Shown piece by piece: positions 35,631 through 48,184 of a stretch of 64,000 nt of DNA. The translations under genes were made by a program, and so were the position numbers. The notes under the pieces are model-generated. The model ran no database searches and was not told where the DNA came from. It was given only the letters and a program-made list of their open reading frames with translations. Numbering within the stretch: the first letter of the stretch is position 1; the number at the start of each line of letters is the position of its first letter. The stretch spans positions 744,001 through 808,000 of the forward strand of contig AP026124.1 of assembly GCA_030295235.1 (NCBI GenBank), read 5' to 3'. This DNA is from Fistulifera solaris (lineage: Eukaryota).

Positions 35631-38600
35631 ATGGATCGATTTCTTGCCTATAACTATGGCTACGACTACTGGAGCAACTCGACAAATCAAACGGATACAG
35701 ACTTTGATTCAAATTTACACGCACCTGAAGATGTTTCGGTTGATGCAGTTGTCACAAGTTTGTACTTCAACTCGGTTGTTTTCTTACTTCTCATGACATC
35801 TTATGAGTGTTTACGTCGTGTTTTACCGACTGTTTACTCGTCACAGAAGAAATTGGATCATATTATGCATCCTCAACGCACGTCGGATGAAATGGATGAG
35901 TATCACCAACTACATGAAAAAGAAAAGCTGTCTGATGCCAAGTATGTTCCACCAACACATGCTTTCTCGCAAAACGAACCTATGAAAAGTCTTGATAGTT
36001 GCGAATCAACTGGGTCTTCATCTCTATCTTCTCTGCCTGATGATATGCCTCTTGATTGGGTTGCGCCGGTGTTTGGTGTCCCCTGGTCGAAAGTTCGAAA
36101 AACGGCCGGTCTTGATGGCTATTTCTTTCTACGTTACATTCGAATGAATATCCGAATCACAGCAGTCTCAACATTTTGGTTTTTCTTGATCCTGGTTCCT
36201 ATTTATGCAACGGGGAACGGCAACGAGATGTACCCAGCGCAGGGATGGTACCGTATTTCGGCTTCAAATTTACCTGCTACAGGCTGGCGCATGTGGATTC
36301 CATGCCTATTTGCGTACTTGTTTACTGGCTTCATCTGCTTTGTTATCAAGCAAGAATATAGGCATTTTCTTGAGCTGCGTCAGGATTTTCTTGCGAGAGG
36401 TGTTTCTCATGTGGACCCTCAGCAGCACTACTCTTTGATGATTGAGGACATTCCGTACGAGCTTCGAAGTGACCGGGCTTTGAAAGAGTATTTTGAGAGC
36501 TTGTTTCCTGGAAAGGTGCACTCAGCAAACGTTATTTTAAATATTCCCGATTTGCAGGAAGTATCAGACCGTTGTACAAGGGTTTGTCGACGATTGGAAA
36601 AGAGTATTGCGTATCTCCATGCGTACGGAGAGAGACCAACCCATATTGTCGGTAGAGGGCGACTTACGGTGCTCGGTGTGGACTTACAGCCACTGGATTG
36701 CCGACAGTGCTGGAACGCGGATGATGAGCCGGTATTATTAGCGGACGATCACCTCGCGCAGCGTCCGCAAAGGGTGAACGCGTCGATTCAATCTCCTACT
36801 ACACACAAGATCTTGCAGCTCAAAGTCGCACGTTGTTTCGAATGCAACGTCAGAAGTCTCAAGTCGCTATCTCTGGAAACTTGTCAATCAGAGCAGATAA
36901 TTGGTTTGACCAAGTCGTGATGGAAATATCGGAAGTGGCGACCAGAATCATGGATGATTCCGTCATTGACAACGATTTAATATCCCCCAGTAGCTCAAGC
37001 GGGCGTTTTCCTGGTCGCCCGAACACTGCGGAAACGATGACATCCCAGTATGGCTCTATAAGTTCTGTTGCTGTTTCAGAGCGGCTATTTCGTGTGCATA
37101 CAACTGAAGCCGAGCTCAATGCTTCTGCTTCGCGGCTCATACAAAATGATCACCATCTTGTAAGTTGATTTGCGTGTACAAGTGTGCTATCGAACGACCA
37201 ATCTCATGACAGTATGGTCAATCAATATTCAAGGGTGGAAAGGAATCTGTTGAAAATTTTCAGACGCCTTTCGGGGCGGAACAGTATAGCTCGACAATAC
37301 GACGGTGGGCTGGCCGACTTGGCCTAGATTTCGTGGTTGCTATATTCAGGTTACTCAATAAGCAGATTGATGTTGCATTTGAAGGCGTATTAGGGTCGAC
37401 CATGTCTTCTACCGGTTTTGTCACTTTTCTTGATCTCTCGTCAACCACTTGTGCTGCAAGTGCTATCCTTTCCGCCAAGGCTAGTGTTTTGTCTGTTTCA
37501 GTTGCTCCTGAACCGAGGGAAATCATCTGGGCCAACGGCCACGTTTCAAGGAGCACGCGCGAGAGGCGTGAGCATATAATTGAAATCATCCTCGCTCTCG
37601 GTATGATATTGTGGAGTTTCCCGTTAGCCTTTATCCAGGTCTTTGCTAAAGCCAGAAACTTGGCCGAACTTCTTCAGATGGAATGGATACTCGAATACGA
37701 AGATGGGGCGCTATTTCGACTTATCAATGGATATCTACCGGTCGTTGCTTTGCTTTGCCTCATTTTGATTCTCCCCGTCATTTTCGAATACATTGCCGTC
37801 AAAGTCGAAAAACGGAAGACGTTCACCGACGTCCAGTCCTCTATGCTCTGTCGGTATTTCAATTACCAGCTTGCGAACATTTACATCACCGTAACGGCTG
37901 GTTCCCTTTTAAAGAGTCTGTCGATAATCATCGAACATCCTCAGAACCTCTTACCTTTGCTCGGTGAATCTCTGCCAACAATGGTTGGTTACTTCGTCGC
38001 TCTACTCGTGACAAAAATCATGGCAGGTTTACCAATGGTCTTTTTGCGCTTTGGGGCATTGTCGAGGATGCTTGTTTTGAAACTACTCTCCTACGAGCCA
38101 GCGATGTCTCAAAGAGAGCTTGACGCTGTGTATCGGCTTGAAAATGTGCAGTACGGCTGGGAGTTTCCCACGCAGTTACTTGTTGTGGTAATCGTTTTCA
38201 CCTACGCCATCATCTGCCCAGTGATTCTTCCATTTGGCTTGGTTTACTTCCTAGGGTCGTTGACGGTTTACAAGAAACAAATTTTGTACGTCTACAGCCC
38301 CGTCTATGAGAGCGGTGGAGCCATGTTCCCATTGGCCGTTCAGCGAACAATTTTCGGACTTGTCTGCGGTCAAATGACGTTGCTCGGATATCTTTTTACA
38401 AGAGCATGCTACTACCAAATGATATTCCTTTGGCCTCTTCCTTTCATGACATTGGTTTTGATGCGGTATTTCCAGAAAACCTACGTAGAACCGGCTGCCA
38501 AGTTGAGTTTAGAACGAGCACGTGAATATGATCGGCTAACAAGTGTCCTTGCCGGGGGTCCTGGAAGCACTAGGTCGAGCACCGTAAGCCACGATGCGGG

Positions 38601-38802
38601 TATTGCGTTACGAGAACGCGAATTCGACAAGAACGCTTATCGCCAGCCAGTTTTGACGGAGCTGGCCACAGAGCCACTTACATATAGACGTGGAGTTGAC
38701 GATGACGAGACGATTGAAGTCCAGCGAAGACTGAGAGAGATTAACCGATTTGCCTCGCAAACAAGCGATTCGGAAAAGGAATCTGCCTTAAAGGTTTCAT
38801 AG
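35631..38802 (+). CDS. OSCA/CSC1/TMEM63 mechanosensitive Ca-permeable channel; frameshift near 36770; intron about 37160-37232
   Basis: GLDGYFFLRY, TGFVTF, APEPREIIWAN, multiple TM helices, YKKQILYVYSPVYESGG. Confidence 0.9.
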
Positions 38803-38926
38803 TTCAGTAGTATTTAGACTCTTTCATTATTTTTATAGGTAAACAAGAGAGTCTGGTCTTAAAACTAAATCTTATTCAATTAACAGGGTTTTAGCATATA
38901 TCCCAAAGGCAATCTCTTTCGTTTTA

Positions 38927-39175
38927 TTAACAAACAACGCAGCATCCGCCCTCACCCGACGTGCCCGTGGACGTGTGGTATTGGTTTTGCTCAACGGCAC
39001 CTCCTTCTGTCACTAAAAATCCGTCTTGGTCTTGAGCAGCTAGAATGTTGGATATCACACGATTGCAGGCTACGCTGGTGTTTTCCGCAGTACCGACAGC
39101 CTTTAGAGTCTTGTTCAGATTGCTGAGATCGATTTCCAGAGTTTGTAGTTGAGTAAATCCGTTTTCATCCGTCAT
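38927..39175 (-). CDS. Probable heterotrimeric G-protein gamma subunit
   Basis: 82 aa with an N-terminal heptad helix, SVAC, D-GFL, NQY and a C-terminal GGCCVVC CaaX box. Confidence 0.6.
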   Translation of the reverse strand: MTDENGFTQLQTLEIDLSNLNKTLKAVGTAENTSVACNRVISNILAAQDQDGFLVTEGGAVEQNQYHTSTGTSGEGGCCVVC

Positions 39176-39639
39176 TTTCGCGAATTAAACTCTGTCGTTC
39201 CTCACGATATTCTTTGACTTCAGCGTAGGAGCTGGCGATATTATTTTCACGTCGGTCTGATTGCAACAGTAATTGCCTTCAGCTGAAATTACAAGGTTTG
39301 ATTTCCAATGTTATGGAATTATTGAATCATCGTTATCATCATCGGCGGCGGATGCAAAGGAAGCGTTGCGTGCTTGTGTTGGCGTTGTGCTGGTACTGGT
39401 AGAGGTAAAGGTAAATGTCACCTCGGGTTTGAGTGCTTTCTAAACTATTGTAGGTTCACGGTTAAAATATCTCCATCCCTTATTGAAAAAAATCGGTGTT
39501 CTTTGGCATCACGGAAAAGGCGTTCGGTATCAAATAACTAGTGTTACAAGCAACACAAGTCATTGCCGTGCTTGCTCTCGTTCAGCGCGAGAAACTAATA
39601 ATGTTACTGTACAATATTTAAGCATGGCGGTTCAGTGTG

Positions 39640-40650
39640 TCAATCGAATAAGTATTGCAAGAGAGCTGCATCGTGGTAACCCGCGAAACCTTTGAGCACT
39701 TCTTGACATAAAGCGGTCCGTCGCGGCAAGCATATACATCCTTCCTGGCAACGTCGAATAGTGGATCTAGCCCCAATGATCAAGATGCGGCAAGTTGGGA
39801 CACCAGCATCGCGATACGCAAGTTCATCCGCGATGCAGTTCCCGATTCCTCCCCACAGGAAGCGCGCCGGATCTGTGCACCCAATATCGTTGTAAGGCCT
39901 TAAAAGACACAATTTTAAAGCCTTGTATTTGTGGATCCTTACGGATGCGTCCATTTCCATTTTCAACACACCCGCTAGTGTACCTGTAAACCCAATGAGA
40001 GGTCCTTCGGGCAAACCAAAACCATCGTGTTGTGCCTCAGCAAGGAACGTGCGAGTAGGCTCCGCCATGGCTATAGGTCTTGCTGTCAAATACAACAGTC
40101 GCAACCGACATGGAGCTCGCTCCACGAGTTGAGATAAAAATTGACAAACACCAGGGTGGCACACAGTATAGTTTTGTAAATATACAGTGGCCAAGAATGC
40201 TGGTATGGTAGAGGATGAAATGGTCCTATCCACATCCACAATGCAGATTTTGTCTCGATAATCCCAGACGAAGATGTTGGTGGGAACGATGCTAACAATG
40301 CGGTGATGTTGGTCCGTCAACACAAATCGCGCCGTATTTCTTCCCGGCTGAAGTAGTTGATCCAGAAATCGCAATGAGTCCATGCGATGAGCAGCGGCGT
40401 TCTCCGCGTAGTTCATATGATTGAGTTTGTGTGTCACTTCTTCTTGAATCTTCCCATGGCGCACTGCAAATTGGAAGTATGCGCCGACCTGCGATTTGAC
40501 TAGTAATCTCAAAGATAAACCCAACTCATGAATATTCTGGCGTCCAACGGTTCCACCGTACCAACAAACTACATCCGAGCACGAATGTCTTTCTTTTCCG
40601 CACAATAAAATCAGATCATTGGAACATCCTATCGAGAAATCGTGCTCCAT
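39640..40650 (-). CDS. Lipin/Ned1/Smp2 (LNS2) HAD-like phosphatase domain protein
   Basis: IFVWDYRDKICIVDVDRTIS (DxDxT), YLTARP, LPEGP, GIGN...D..AY...G. Confidence 0.75.
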   Translation of the reverse strand: MEHDFSIGCSNDLILLCGKERHSCSDVVCWYGGTVGRQNIHELGLSLRLLVKSQVGAYFQFAVRHGKIQEEVTHKLNHMNYAENAAAHRMDSLRFLDQLLQPGRNTARFVLTDQHHRIVSIVPTNIFVWDYRDKICIVDVDRTISSSTIPAFLATVYLQNYTVCHPGVCQFLSQLVERAPCRLRLLYLTARPIAMAEPTRTFLAEAQHDGFGLPEGPLIGFTGTLAGVLKMEMDASVRIHKYKALKLCLLRPYNDIGCTDPARFLWGGIGNCIADELAYRDAGVPTCRILIIGARSTIRRCQEGCICLPRRTALCQEVLKGFAGYHDAALLQYLFD

Positions 40651-40861
40651 CGGCTGAGTTGTGCGTTGACGAAACGAGAGACGCTAAAATTACTGCAAAT
40701 CGCCCATCCGCTCTGGGCTAAAATTCATATAGCCTTATAAGAATTCACTTCACTCTGTGTCATAAGTAAGTTTCCTTTAACTTCGAAAGATTAAAGACAA
40801 TGCTGCGATGAGGTTATCAAAAGCAATAATAAAAGCCAAATGTCCTCATGTTTCGGGATTG

Positions 40862-43363
40862 TTTGCTTCGTGACTGATTTGCAGTCATGGCGAAAGGTCG
40901 CTTACACTTGGGCCTAGAGTAATTACAATAATCGACGATCCGCTTAAAGTTTTTCGACGTCTAGCATTGTGACGAGGACGGAAAATGCTTCGGAAGGTAT
41001 AATTGTCGTGCAAATGACAAATGTAGCCTCATTCCTCATTTAATGGGAGTTCGAAATGAAGGTGCGGTAGAAATTTTGGCTCGAAAGCACTTTGCTTCGT
41101 GACTGATTTGCAGTCATGGCGAAAGGTCGCTTACACTTGGGCCTAGAGTAATTACAATAATCGACGATCCGCAAAGTTTTTCGACGTCTAGCATTGTGAC
41201 GAGGACGGAAAATGCTTCGGAAGGTATAATTGTCGTGCAAATGACAAATGTAGCCTCATTCCTCATTTAATGGGAGTTCGAAATGAAGGTGCGGTAGAAA
41301 TTTTGGCTCGAAAGCACTTTGCTTCGTGACTGATTTGCAGTCATGGCGAAAGGTCGCTTACACTTGGGCCTAGAGTAATTACAATAATCGACGATCCGCA
41401 AAGTTTTTCGACGTCTAGCATTGTGATGAGGACGGAAAATGCTTCGGAAGGTATAATTGTCGTGCAAATGACAAATGTAGCCTCATTCCTCATTTAATGG
41501 GAGTTCGAAATGAAGGTGCGGTAGAAATTTTGGCTCGAAAGCACTTTGCTTCGTGACTGATTTGCAGTCATGGCGAAAGGTCGCTTACACTTGGGCCTAG
41601 AGTAATTACAATAATCGACGATCCGCTTAAAGTTTTTCGACGTCTAGCATTGTGACGAGGACGGAAAATGCTTCGGAAGGTATAATTGTCGTGCAAATGA
41701 CAAATGTAGCCTCATTCCTCATTTAATGGGAGTTCGAAATGAAGGTGCGGTAGAAATTTTGGCTCGAAAGCACTTTGCTTCGTGACTGATTTGCAGTCAT
41801 GGCGAAAGGTCGCTTACACTTGGGCCTAGAGTAATTACAATAATCGACGATCCGCAAAGTTTTTCGACGTCTAGCATTGTGATGAGGACGGAAAATGCTT
41901 CGGAAGGTATAATTGTCGTGCAAATGACAAATGTAGCCTCATTCCTCATTTAATGGGAGTTCGAAATGAAGGTGCGGTAGAAATTTTGGCTCGAAAGCAC
42001 TTTGCTTCGTGACTGATTTGCAGTCATGGCGAAAGGTCGCTTACACTTGGGCCTAGAGTAATTACAATAATCGACGATCCGCAAAGTTTTTCGACGTCTA
42101 GCATTGTGACGAGGACGGAAAATGCTTCGGAAGGTATAATTGTCGTGCAAATGACAAATGTAGCCTCATTCCTCATTTAATGGGAGTTCGAAATGAAGGT
42201 GCGGTAGAAATTTTGGCTCGAAAGCACTTTGCTTCGTGACTGATTTGCAGTCATGGCGAAAGGTCGCTTACACTTGGGCCTAGAGTAATTACAATAATCG
42301 ACGATCCGCGAAAGTTTTTCGACGTCTAGCATTGTGACGAGGACGGAAAATGCTTCGGAAGGTATAATTGTCGTGCAAATGACAAATGTAGCCTCATTCC
42401 TCATTTAATGGGAGTTCGAAATGAAGGTGCGGTAGAAATTTTGGCTCGAAAGCACTTTGCTTCGTGACTGATTTGCAGTCATGGCGAAAGGTCGCTTACA
42501 CTTGGGCCTAGAGTAATTACAATAATCGACGATCCGCAAAGTTTTTCGACGTCTAGCATTGTGACGAGGACGGAAAATGCTTCGGAAGGTATAATTGTCG
42601 TGCAAATGACAAATGTAGCCTCATTCCTCATTTAATGGGAGTTCGAAATGAAGGTGCGGTAGAAATTTTGGCTCGAAAGCACTTTGCTTCGTGACTGATT
42701 TGCAGTCATGGCGAAAGGTCGCTTACACTTGGGCCTAGAGTAATTACAATAATCGACGATCCGCAAAGTTTTTCGACGTCTAGCATTGTGACGAGGACGG
42801 AAAATGCTTCAGAAGGTATAATTGTCGTGCAAATGACAAATGTAGCCTCATTCCTCATTTAATGGGAGTTCGAAATGAAGGTGCGGTAGCAATTTGGCTC
42901 GAAAGTTTTGCTTCGTGACTGATTTGCAGTCATGGCGAAAGGTCGCTTACACTTGGGCCTAGAGTAACAACAATAATCGACGCTCTGCAAAGTTTTTCGA
43001 CGTCTAGCATCGTGACGAGGACGGAAAATGCTTCGGAAGGTATCTCTATAGTGAAGCTGACAAAATGTAGCTTCATGGATAGGACTTCGAAACGAAGATG
43101 CGGTAACAATTTGGCTTAAAAGAAGATTTTTTCGTGACGGAATTGGCAGTCGTGGTAAAGTTGAGAGTCCACATTAAGCTATAGTAAATACAGTAATCGA
43201 CGCTCTGCAAAGATTTTCGACGTCTAGCATCGTGGCGTTCACCGGAAATGCTTCGGAAGGTGTTTTCATAGTGGTATTGACAGTTGTAGTTTAGTTTGCT
43301 TATCGACTGAACAAAGTGTAGGTTGCAGTTTGGCTCAGAAGAATGTTTTTGAATTGCAGTCAT
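40862..43363. repeat. 227-bp tandem satellite, about 11 units
   Basis: Unit starts at 40862, 41091, 41318, 41545, 41774, 42001, 42228, 42456, 42683, 42907 and about 43128. The first nine units are near-identical; the last two are diverged. Confidence 0.97.
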
Positions 43364-43720
43364 CTGGCCAACAACCTCAGTCTAAAGCAGATGACAGCCA
43401 CCTTGCTCACCACCTACAGTGACCTGGCAATCTGAGGGATCTAGGCAGAACCTAGAATGATGGATTGTGTTTTGGTTCTGTCATAAAGATGGGACATGCG
43501 AGATCGATAAACTTCATCGCAAAACTCTGTGTCCTACTGGCAATAGGTACTGTTTATCAGAGACTTTCGTGGTGCCATTTCGACCAAAGAGCGGCTGGGT
43601 CGGGCCGCCAGCAACATCTCGTGCAATCAATGAACATCATTCATTCCTGATAACATTGCAAGGACCCAAATCCAGGACTTTAGTACAGAAGCATTTTTAA
43701 TATCGAACAACTGAATTGGC

Positions 43721-45049
43721 ATGGTGACTTGGGGAAGCAACACGATACACACTGTTCCGCAGCGTTCTCCAGCACCGACGACCACTTTTGGGTCACCAGC
43801 TCCTTCGACTAATTTTGGGGCGCCGGCAGCTTCATCGGGTTTATTCGGGAGTGCTTCTCCCAGCACCGCGTTCGGTGGAACTCCTTCGTCGAGCGGGATT
43901 TTTGGTTCTGCGCCGTCGTCCGGAAGTTTGTTTGGTTCGACACCCTCTTCGGGGACGTTTGGTGCTCCTGCTCCGTCGGGTGGATTGTTTGGGTCCGCAC
44001 CGGCGCCCTCGACAGGTTTGTTTGGTTCCGCACCTTCTTCTGGAAGTTTGTTTGGGTCTACGCTAGCGCCGTCGGGTGGATTGTTCGGTAATACTAGCAA
44101 CACTTCCTCGGCTCCTTTCTCCTTTTCGAATGCGGCACCATCGTCGGGTTTGTTCGGTGCTCCCTCGACTTCTGGATTCAGTCAGCAGCAACAACTGCCT
44201 CCCACTGTTCCACAACAAGCGGCTCAACAAGCTTTGTTGGATGCATCGGCTCGTCAAGAAGAATACCGTGTACAAAGTGCTCTAGAAAAACTCAACCACG
44301 CCTATCAGGGCACCGAAATTGCGACCGACACAAAATCGGCACATTTCTCGGTTACACTGTACCATTCCGTTTCTCCGGAAATTCGTCAAATGCAATCGTT
44401 GCAAGGTGTAGGCTTGGATGGGAAGCCATTACCGATTGCTCCGCCACGGCCGCCACAAATATCCGCAGACGATTGGACGCGGGCGGTTGTTTGCAATACG
44501 GATCATGAGAATTACATGCCAGTTGCCGTGGTTGGTGCTCGGGCACTCCAAGCACGAGTCCAGGGTCAGCAGGAACAAGCCAATACATGCATCCAACAGT
44601 TGAATGACATTCAAGAAACAGCCGAAGTCATTCGCGACCGAAATCACGGTGCGAATGCGCGACTCGTCGAAGCCGAACGGGAACAAGCTCGCCTGCGCAA
44701 GCGAATGCTAGCTGTCATGCGAAAAGTAGAAGTCTTGCGTTGCTTTGGTCATCCTTTACAACAAGGTGAAGTAGAAGCCATGCACAAACTCGCGGAGGTG
44801 GAGAAGCAAATTTATCAGAATATACAACCGGTGTTGCAGCGTCTCGCAGAAAATGTTCGCGCGAATGCTCCTTCGCAACCACCGACCGTGGCCTTACCCA
44901 ACGATTTGGATGAACTCAAAGGTGTCTTGACGAAGCATCGGGAGGCTTTGAGTCGTATGACGACAGCGGTGCAGCAAGATAAGGGCGACCTAGAATTGAT
45001 TCAAAAGCGAGTACAAATGAAGGCTCCTTCTTCATCCAGTTTGTTCTAA
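43721..45049 (+). CDS. NUP54: FG-repeat nucleoporin Nup54/Nup57
   Basis: N-terminal GLFG/SLFG repeats, then RPPQISADDW...NYMPVAVVG..ALQAR and a coiled coil. Confidence 0.85.
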   Translation: MVTWGSNTIHTVPQRSPAPTTTFGSPAPSTNFGAPAASSGLFGSASPSTAFGGTPSSSGIFGSAPSSGSLFGSTPSSGTFGAPAPSGGLFGSAPAPSTGLFGSAPSSGSLFGSTLAPSGGLFGNTSNTSSAPFSFSNAAPSSGLFGAPSTSGFSQQQQLPPTVPQQAAQQALLDASARQEEYRVQSALEKLNHAYQGTEIATDTKSAHFSVTLYHSVSPEIRQMQSLQGVGLDGKPLPIAPPRPPQISADDWTRAVVCNTDHENYMPVAVVGARALQARVQGQQEQANTCIQQLNDIQETAEVIRDRNHGANARLVEAEREQARLRKRMLAVMRKVEVLRCFGHPLQQGEVEAMHKLAEVEKQIYQNIQPVLQRLAENVRANAPSQPPTVALPNDLDELKGVLTKHREALSRMTTAVQQDKGDLELIQKRVQMKAPSSSSLF

Positions 45050-45286
45050 TATAAAGTAGTAAGACAAAAATTTCTCGTTTGTTTTCAAAGTCAAGTCTAC
45101 GATCTGGATTGAACATTTTGATTGTTAACGAAACTGCTTATACTGTAATATAATCTCTACGGACTAGTACTGTCGGCATTCTGGTTTAATGCAATACTCA
45201 ACCACATTGCTTCACGATATTCTTCGGGAACGAGATCATTTGTTGTCATGGCTTCCCTTTTGAATCTCTACGCAAGAAATTATGCA

Positions 45287-46522
45287 TCAAAGACATGAGT
45301 CCTCGTGCAGCATGTGCGGAAATAGTGACGAGACCAACCGTGAGGACTGCTGCCGTGACTGCGGTTGGAATTGTGACCCCGCTGTTATAATATTCAATGC
45401 ATTCAGCATCATTGGTGCCACGATGATTCCAACTGCACCGCCGATGGTTGTGGAGACTTTCATTTTCCGAGAGTCGACCACCGAAGAATGAGAACTAAGG
45501 ACGGGAACCGTTTTGAGAGGGACAGCGATGGGTTTCATCATCGTCCGTGTAACAGGAGCTACAGGAAGGTCCAAACGCATGATAGGAGAAGGAACTGGAA
45601 GTGGTGCAGTCATAGGAACTTGGGATTCCGGGAACTGCTCCTTTTGTAAGTACTCTGAAGTGTGCCAATGAATTGCAAAGGGTAATTCGATTTTCGGAAA
45701 TGAGTCCGGTGAAGCACCACAGAAAAAGCCCATTACACCACCAACCATGAGCACAAGAGCTATGCGAACGACCACCGACATATTGTTACTCTCCGGCGAG
45801 GAAGTGTGCATAAAAGCTCCGGGTCGTTTGGTTTCGTGCGTCAACGGTGAGATGTCGACAGCGGTACTTGCCTGCCCAAAGACTTTACAAGAGGCCCCTT
45901 CGAAGAGCGATAGCGAGGTCATGGTACGTTCTCGAGTCCTAGTTCGTACGAAATGATCATGTGGAAGGTGTTGTAAGGTGAACATCCCCGCAATGCACGT
46001 TTTATACGCTTGAAAGATTTCCGCCCAAGTAATAAACGCCTCCTCGTTCTCGTCGAAAGCTGGATCTTCAGGAGATGTCGCCTTTCGCGTTAACAATTTC
46101 AGAACCATCATCAACTGGCGATCGGCCAACATTTGTTCAGTCAGTGCTGTTTTCTCCTCGAGTAAATCAACGGCTTTTTTCAATGCGGAAAACGATATCT
46201 CGCGTGTCAATAAAGTTGATTCTGCGACAGACCAAGACAATGATGTCTTTTTCCCGGATGGCTTCTTCTTTAAATTTACCCCAGCCAACTCTTCCAACCG
46301 CTCGATACAGGGACGAAGGTAATCCAGAGTCGCCATGTCTTCAGCTTCCTGTTGACGAACCATCGTCTCATAGCGCAACAAATATGCCAAGGCCTCTCTG
46401 TTTTCCCCTCCCTCTCTAAGGTGGTGGATAAGAGCGTCGTGTCCGTCAAGAATGAGAGCGTCATCGTCATCCTCCGTTAAACTTGGGGCAAGGCAAGGCT
46501 CGGGACGTGTATCAATTTTCAT
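45287..46522 (-). CDS. Hypothetical membrane protein (3' end uncertain)
   Basis: ORF of about 410 aa with TM-like VVVRIALVLMVGGVMGFFCG; no recognised motif. Confidence 0.55.
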   Translation of the reverse strand: MKIDTRPEPCLAPSLTEDDDDALILDGHDALIHHLREGGENREALAYLLRYETMVRQQEAEDMATLDYLRPCIERLEELAGVNLKKKPSGKKTSLSWSVAESTLLTREISFSALKKAVDLLEEKTALTEQMLADRQLMMVLKLLTRKATSPEDPAFDENEEAFITWAEIFQAYKTCIAGMFTLQHLPHDHFVRTRTRERTMTSLSLFEGASCKVFGQASTAVDISPLTHETKRPGAFMHTSSPESNNMSVVVRIALVLMVGGVMGFFCGASPDSFPKIELPFAIHWHTSEYLQKEQFPESQVPMTAPLPVPSPIMRLDLPVAPVTRTMMKPIAVPLKTVPVLSSHSSVVDSRKMKVSTTIGGAVGIIVAPMMLNALNIITAGSQFQPQSRQQSSRLVSSLFPHMLHEDSCL

Positions 46523-46770
46523 GGTTGTATTCCCTCTTATTTCACTGTCGAGAAAAACAAATGTGAAGAGATGAACATGCACCATTTTTGTCTTTCACCT
46601 TCATGTTCGTTCTCTGCTTCAAATACCAATGTCCTACAATGTGTAGACTACCTTTTCGCAACGGAAATCTATTGGCTATCTCATTTACGAGAACGATCTT
46701 TTTTCGCTATTGGTAAAAACACCTTGGCAAAAGGTGGCACATGAGACAAGTCAAAATAAATTGTCTTACT

Positions 46771-46850
46771 GGGGAACGGCGTTAAAATTCAGCCTCTTCG
46801 TAAACGCTACGTAGAATCTGTACTGGGAGGCAGAATTTTAACGTCCTTCC
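46771..46850. mobile_element. ~80-bp hairpin mini-element (MITE-like), copy 2
   Basis: Near-identical to 10866-10945, including the loop acgctacgtagaatc(t)tgtactgg. Confidence 0.65.
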
Positions 46851-47141
46851 TGATGACTACCTACATAGTACGTAGTACACATCAACACACAATGCTCGTA
46901 CTGGTGGACAGACGGTTTTGCTGGCCTATGATGATCGTGACTGAAATTCAGTCGCGGTCGATTCAAACCAACAATAACAACCTACCACTACAGCAAGGAG
47001 AAAATAAATACGGAGTATAAGTAAAGTGAACCGGTAATAGTCGTTACGGAAGTACAAGTACCGGTAGCCTTACAAAAAGCAATGCAGCATGGCCCTCCGT
47101 CATCGGGGAAACAAACTTAAATTTTAGTTTAAACAAAGAAT

Positions 47142-48184
47142 TTATACTTCTGCACCCGTTTTGGCGTCAACACATTTGGCATTAGGCAATCCTCGACAGC
47201 ATACCGTACAACAGCTGCATTGGACTTCCGGATTCGGTCCTAAGCAATCCACAATCAGGCTTTCCAGTTTAAGATTACAAATCGCTTGTGGAACACTACC
47301 CACGAGGTTGTTATCGTGTAAATCAAGGACACGAAGCTTCTTCAGCTTTCCTAGCTCTGCTGGAATTGTACCAGTTAAGAAGTTGGCGTACATGTCTATG
47401 ACCTCGAGATCTTTCAAGCTCGCCAACTCCTTGCCAGGTAGAGTGCCAGCAAAGTAATTTCCGAACAAACGTAGCTCCCTGAGCTTTCGCAAACCCGCAA
47501 TTTCTCTATGCAAATTACCAAAAAAGCCGTTCATATGCAACTCTAGAATCTCCAAATTTCGTAGACCATCCACGATCTTGTAGGGCAACACGCCCTGGAA
47601 ATCGTTCGCATGCATGTCTAGCTCCTTTAATTGGTCAAGCAAGTACAATTCACGCGGTAAAATTCCGTCCAGCTTTAAATAGCCCAACGCTAGCTTTTTA
47701 ATTTTCTTTCCAATCGGAGTACACTTCACACCATACCAGTTGCATTCGTGATGTTTGTGACTCATCCAATGTCCTTTGGCAGCTTCGGCACCAGGTTCGT
47801 CGACGGCCATGAACCAGTCCCATGATGTTGAGTTTGACTTGGTCGAGGCGAAATGCAAAACCGACAATGCGTAGCGCTGAAGAAAAAAGACTTCTTGATC
47901 TTCCCTTGGACTGCCGCCGATCTTGGTATAAGATCCAGCATGCCGCTTGATGCTGGGCACTCGAACTCAAGAGTAGCGACTGTTTACCAGTGGCCTCTAC
48001 TAACCACTTAAGTTCGGTCTTCTGACGGGAGGAGGAGATCGGATTGCGTTTGTCGCACATGTAGAGCAAGTCATCCGTCAATACCACCGGATCCTTCTTG
48101 ACTTTCTGACGCGCCTCCGTCAGCAAAAAGAAAAAAAGTAATTAGGACAGTTAATGCAAACGGCGTTCGAATAGAAAGCTTCAT
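47142..48184 (-). CDS. Secreted leucine-rich-repeat protein (diatom LRR family); frameshifts near 48130 and 47960
   Basis: Signal-like MKLSIRTPFALTVLITFF, QRYALSVLHF, CNWYGVKC cap, plant-type LRRs (LTGTIPAELGKLKKL), C-terminal CSCCTVC. Confidence 0.8.

Noticed and set aside
41040..42605. Repeated 66-aa ORFs in the satellite, or a tRNA/5S-derived unit (GTTCGAAAT B-box-like motif)
   Set aside because: The starts are non-ATG, variant units break the frame, and I found no cloverleaf or correctly spaced A box.
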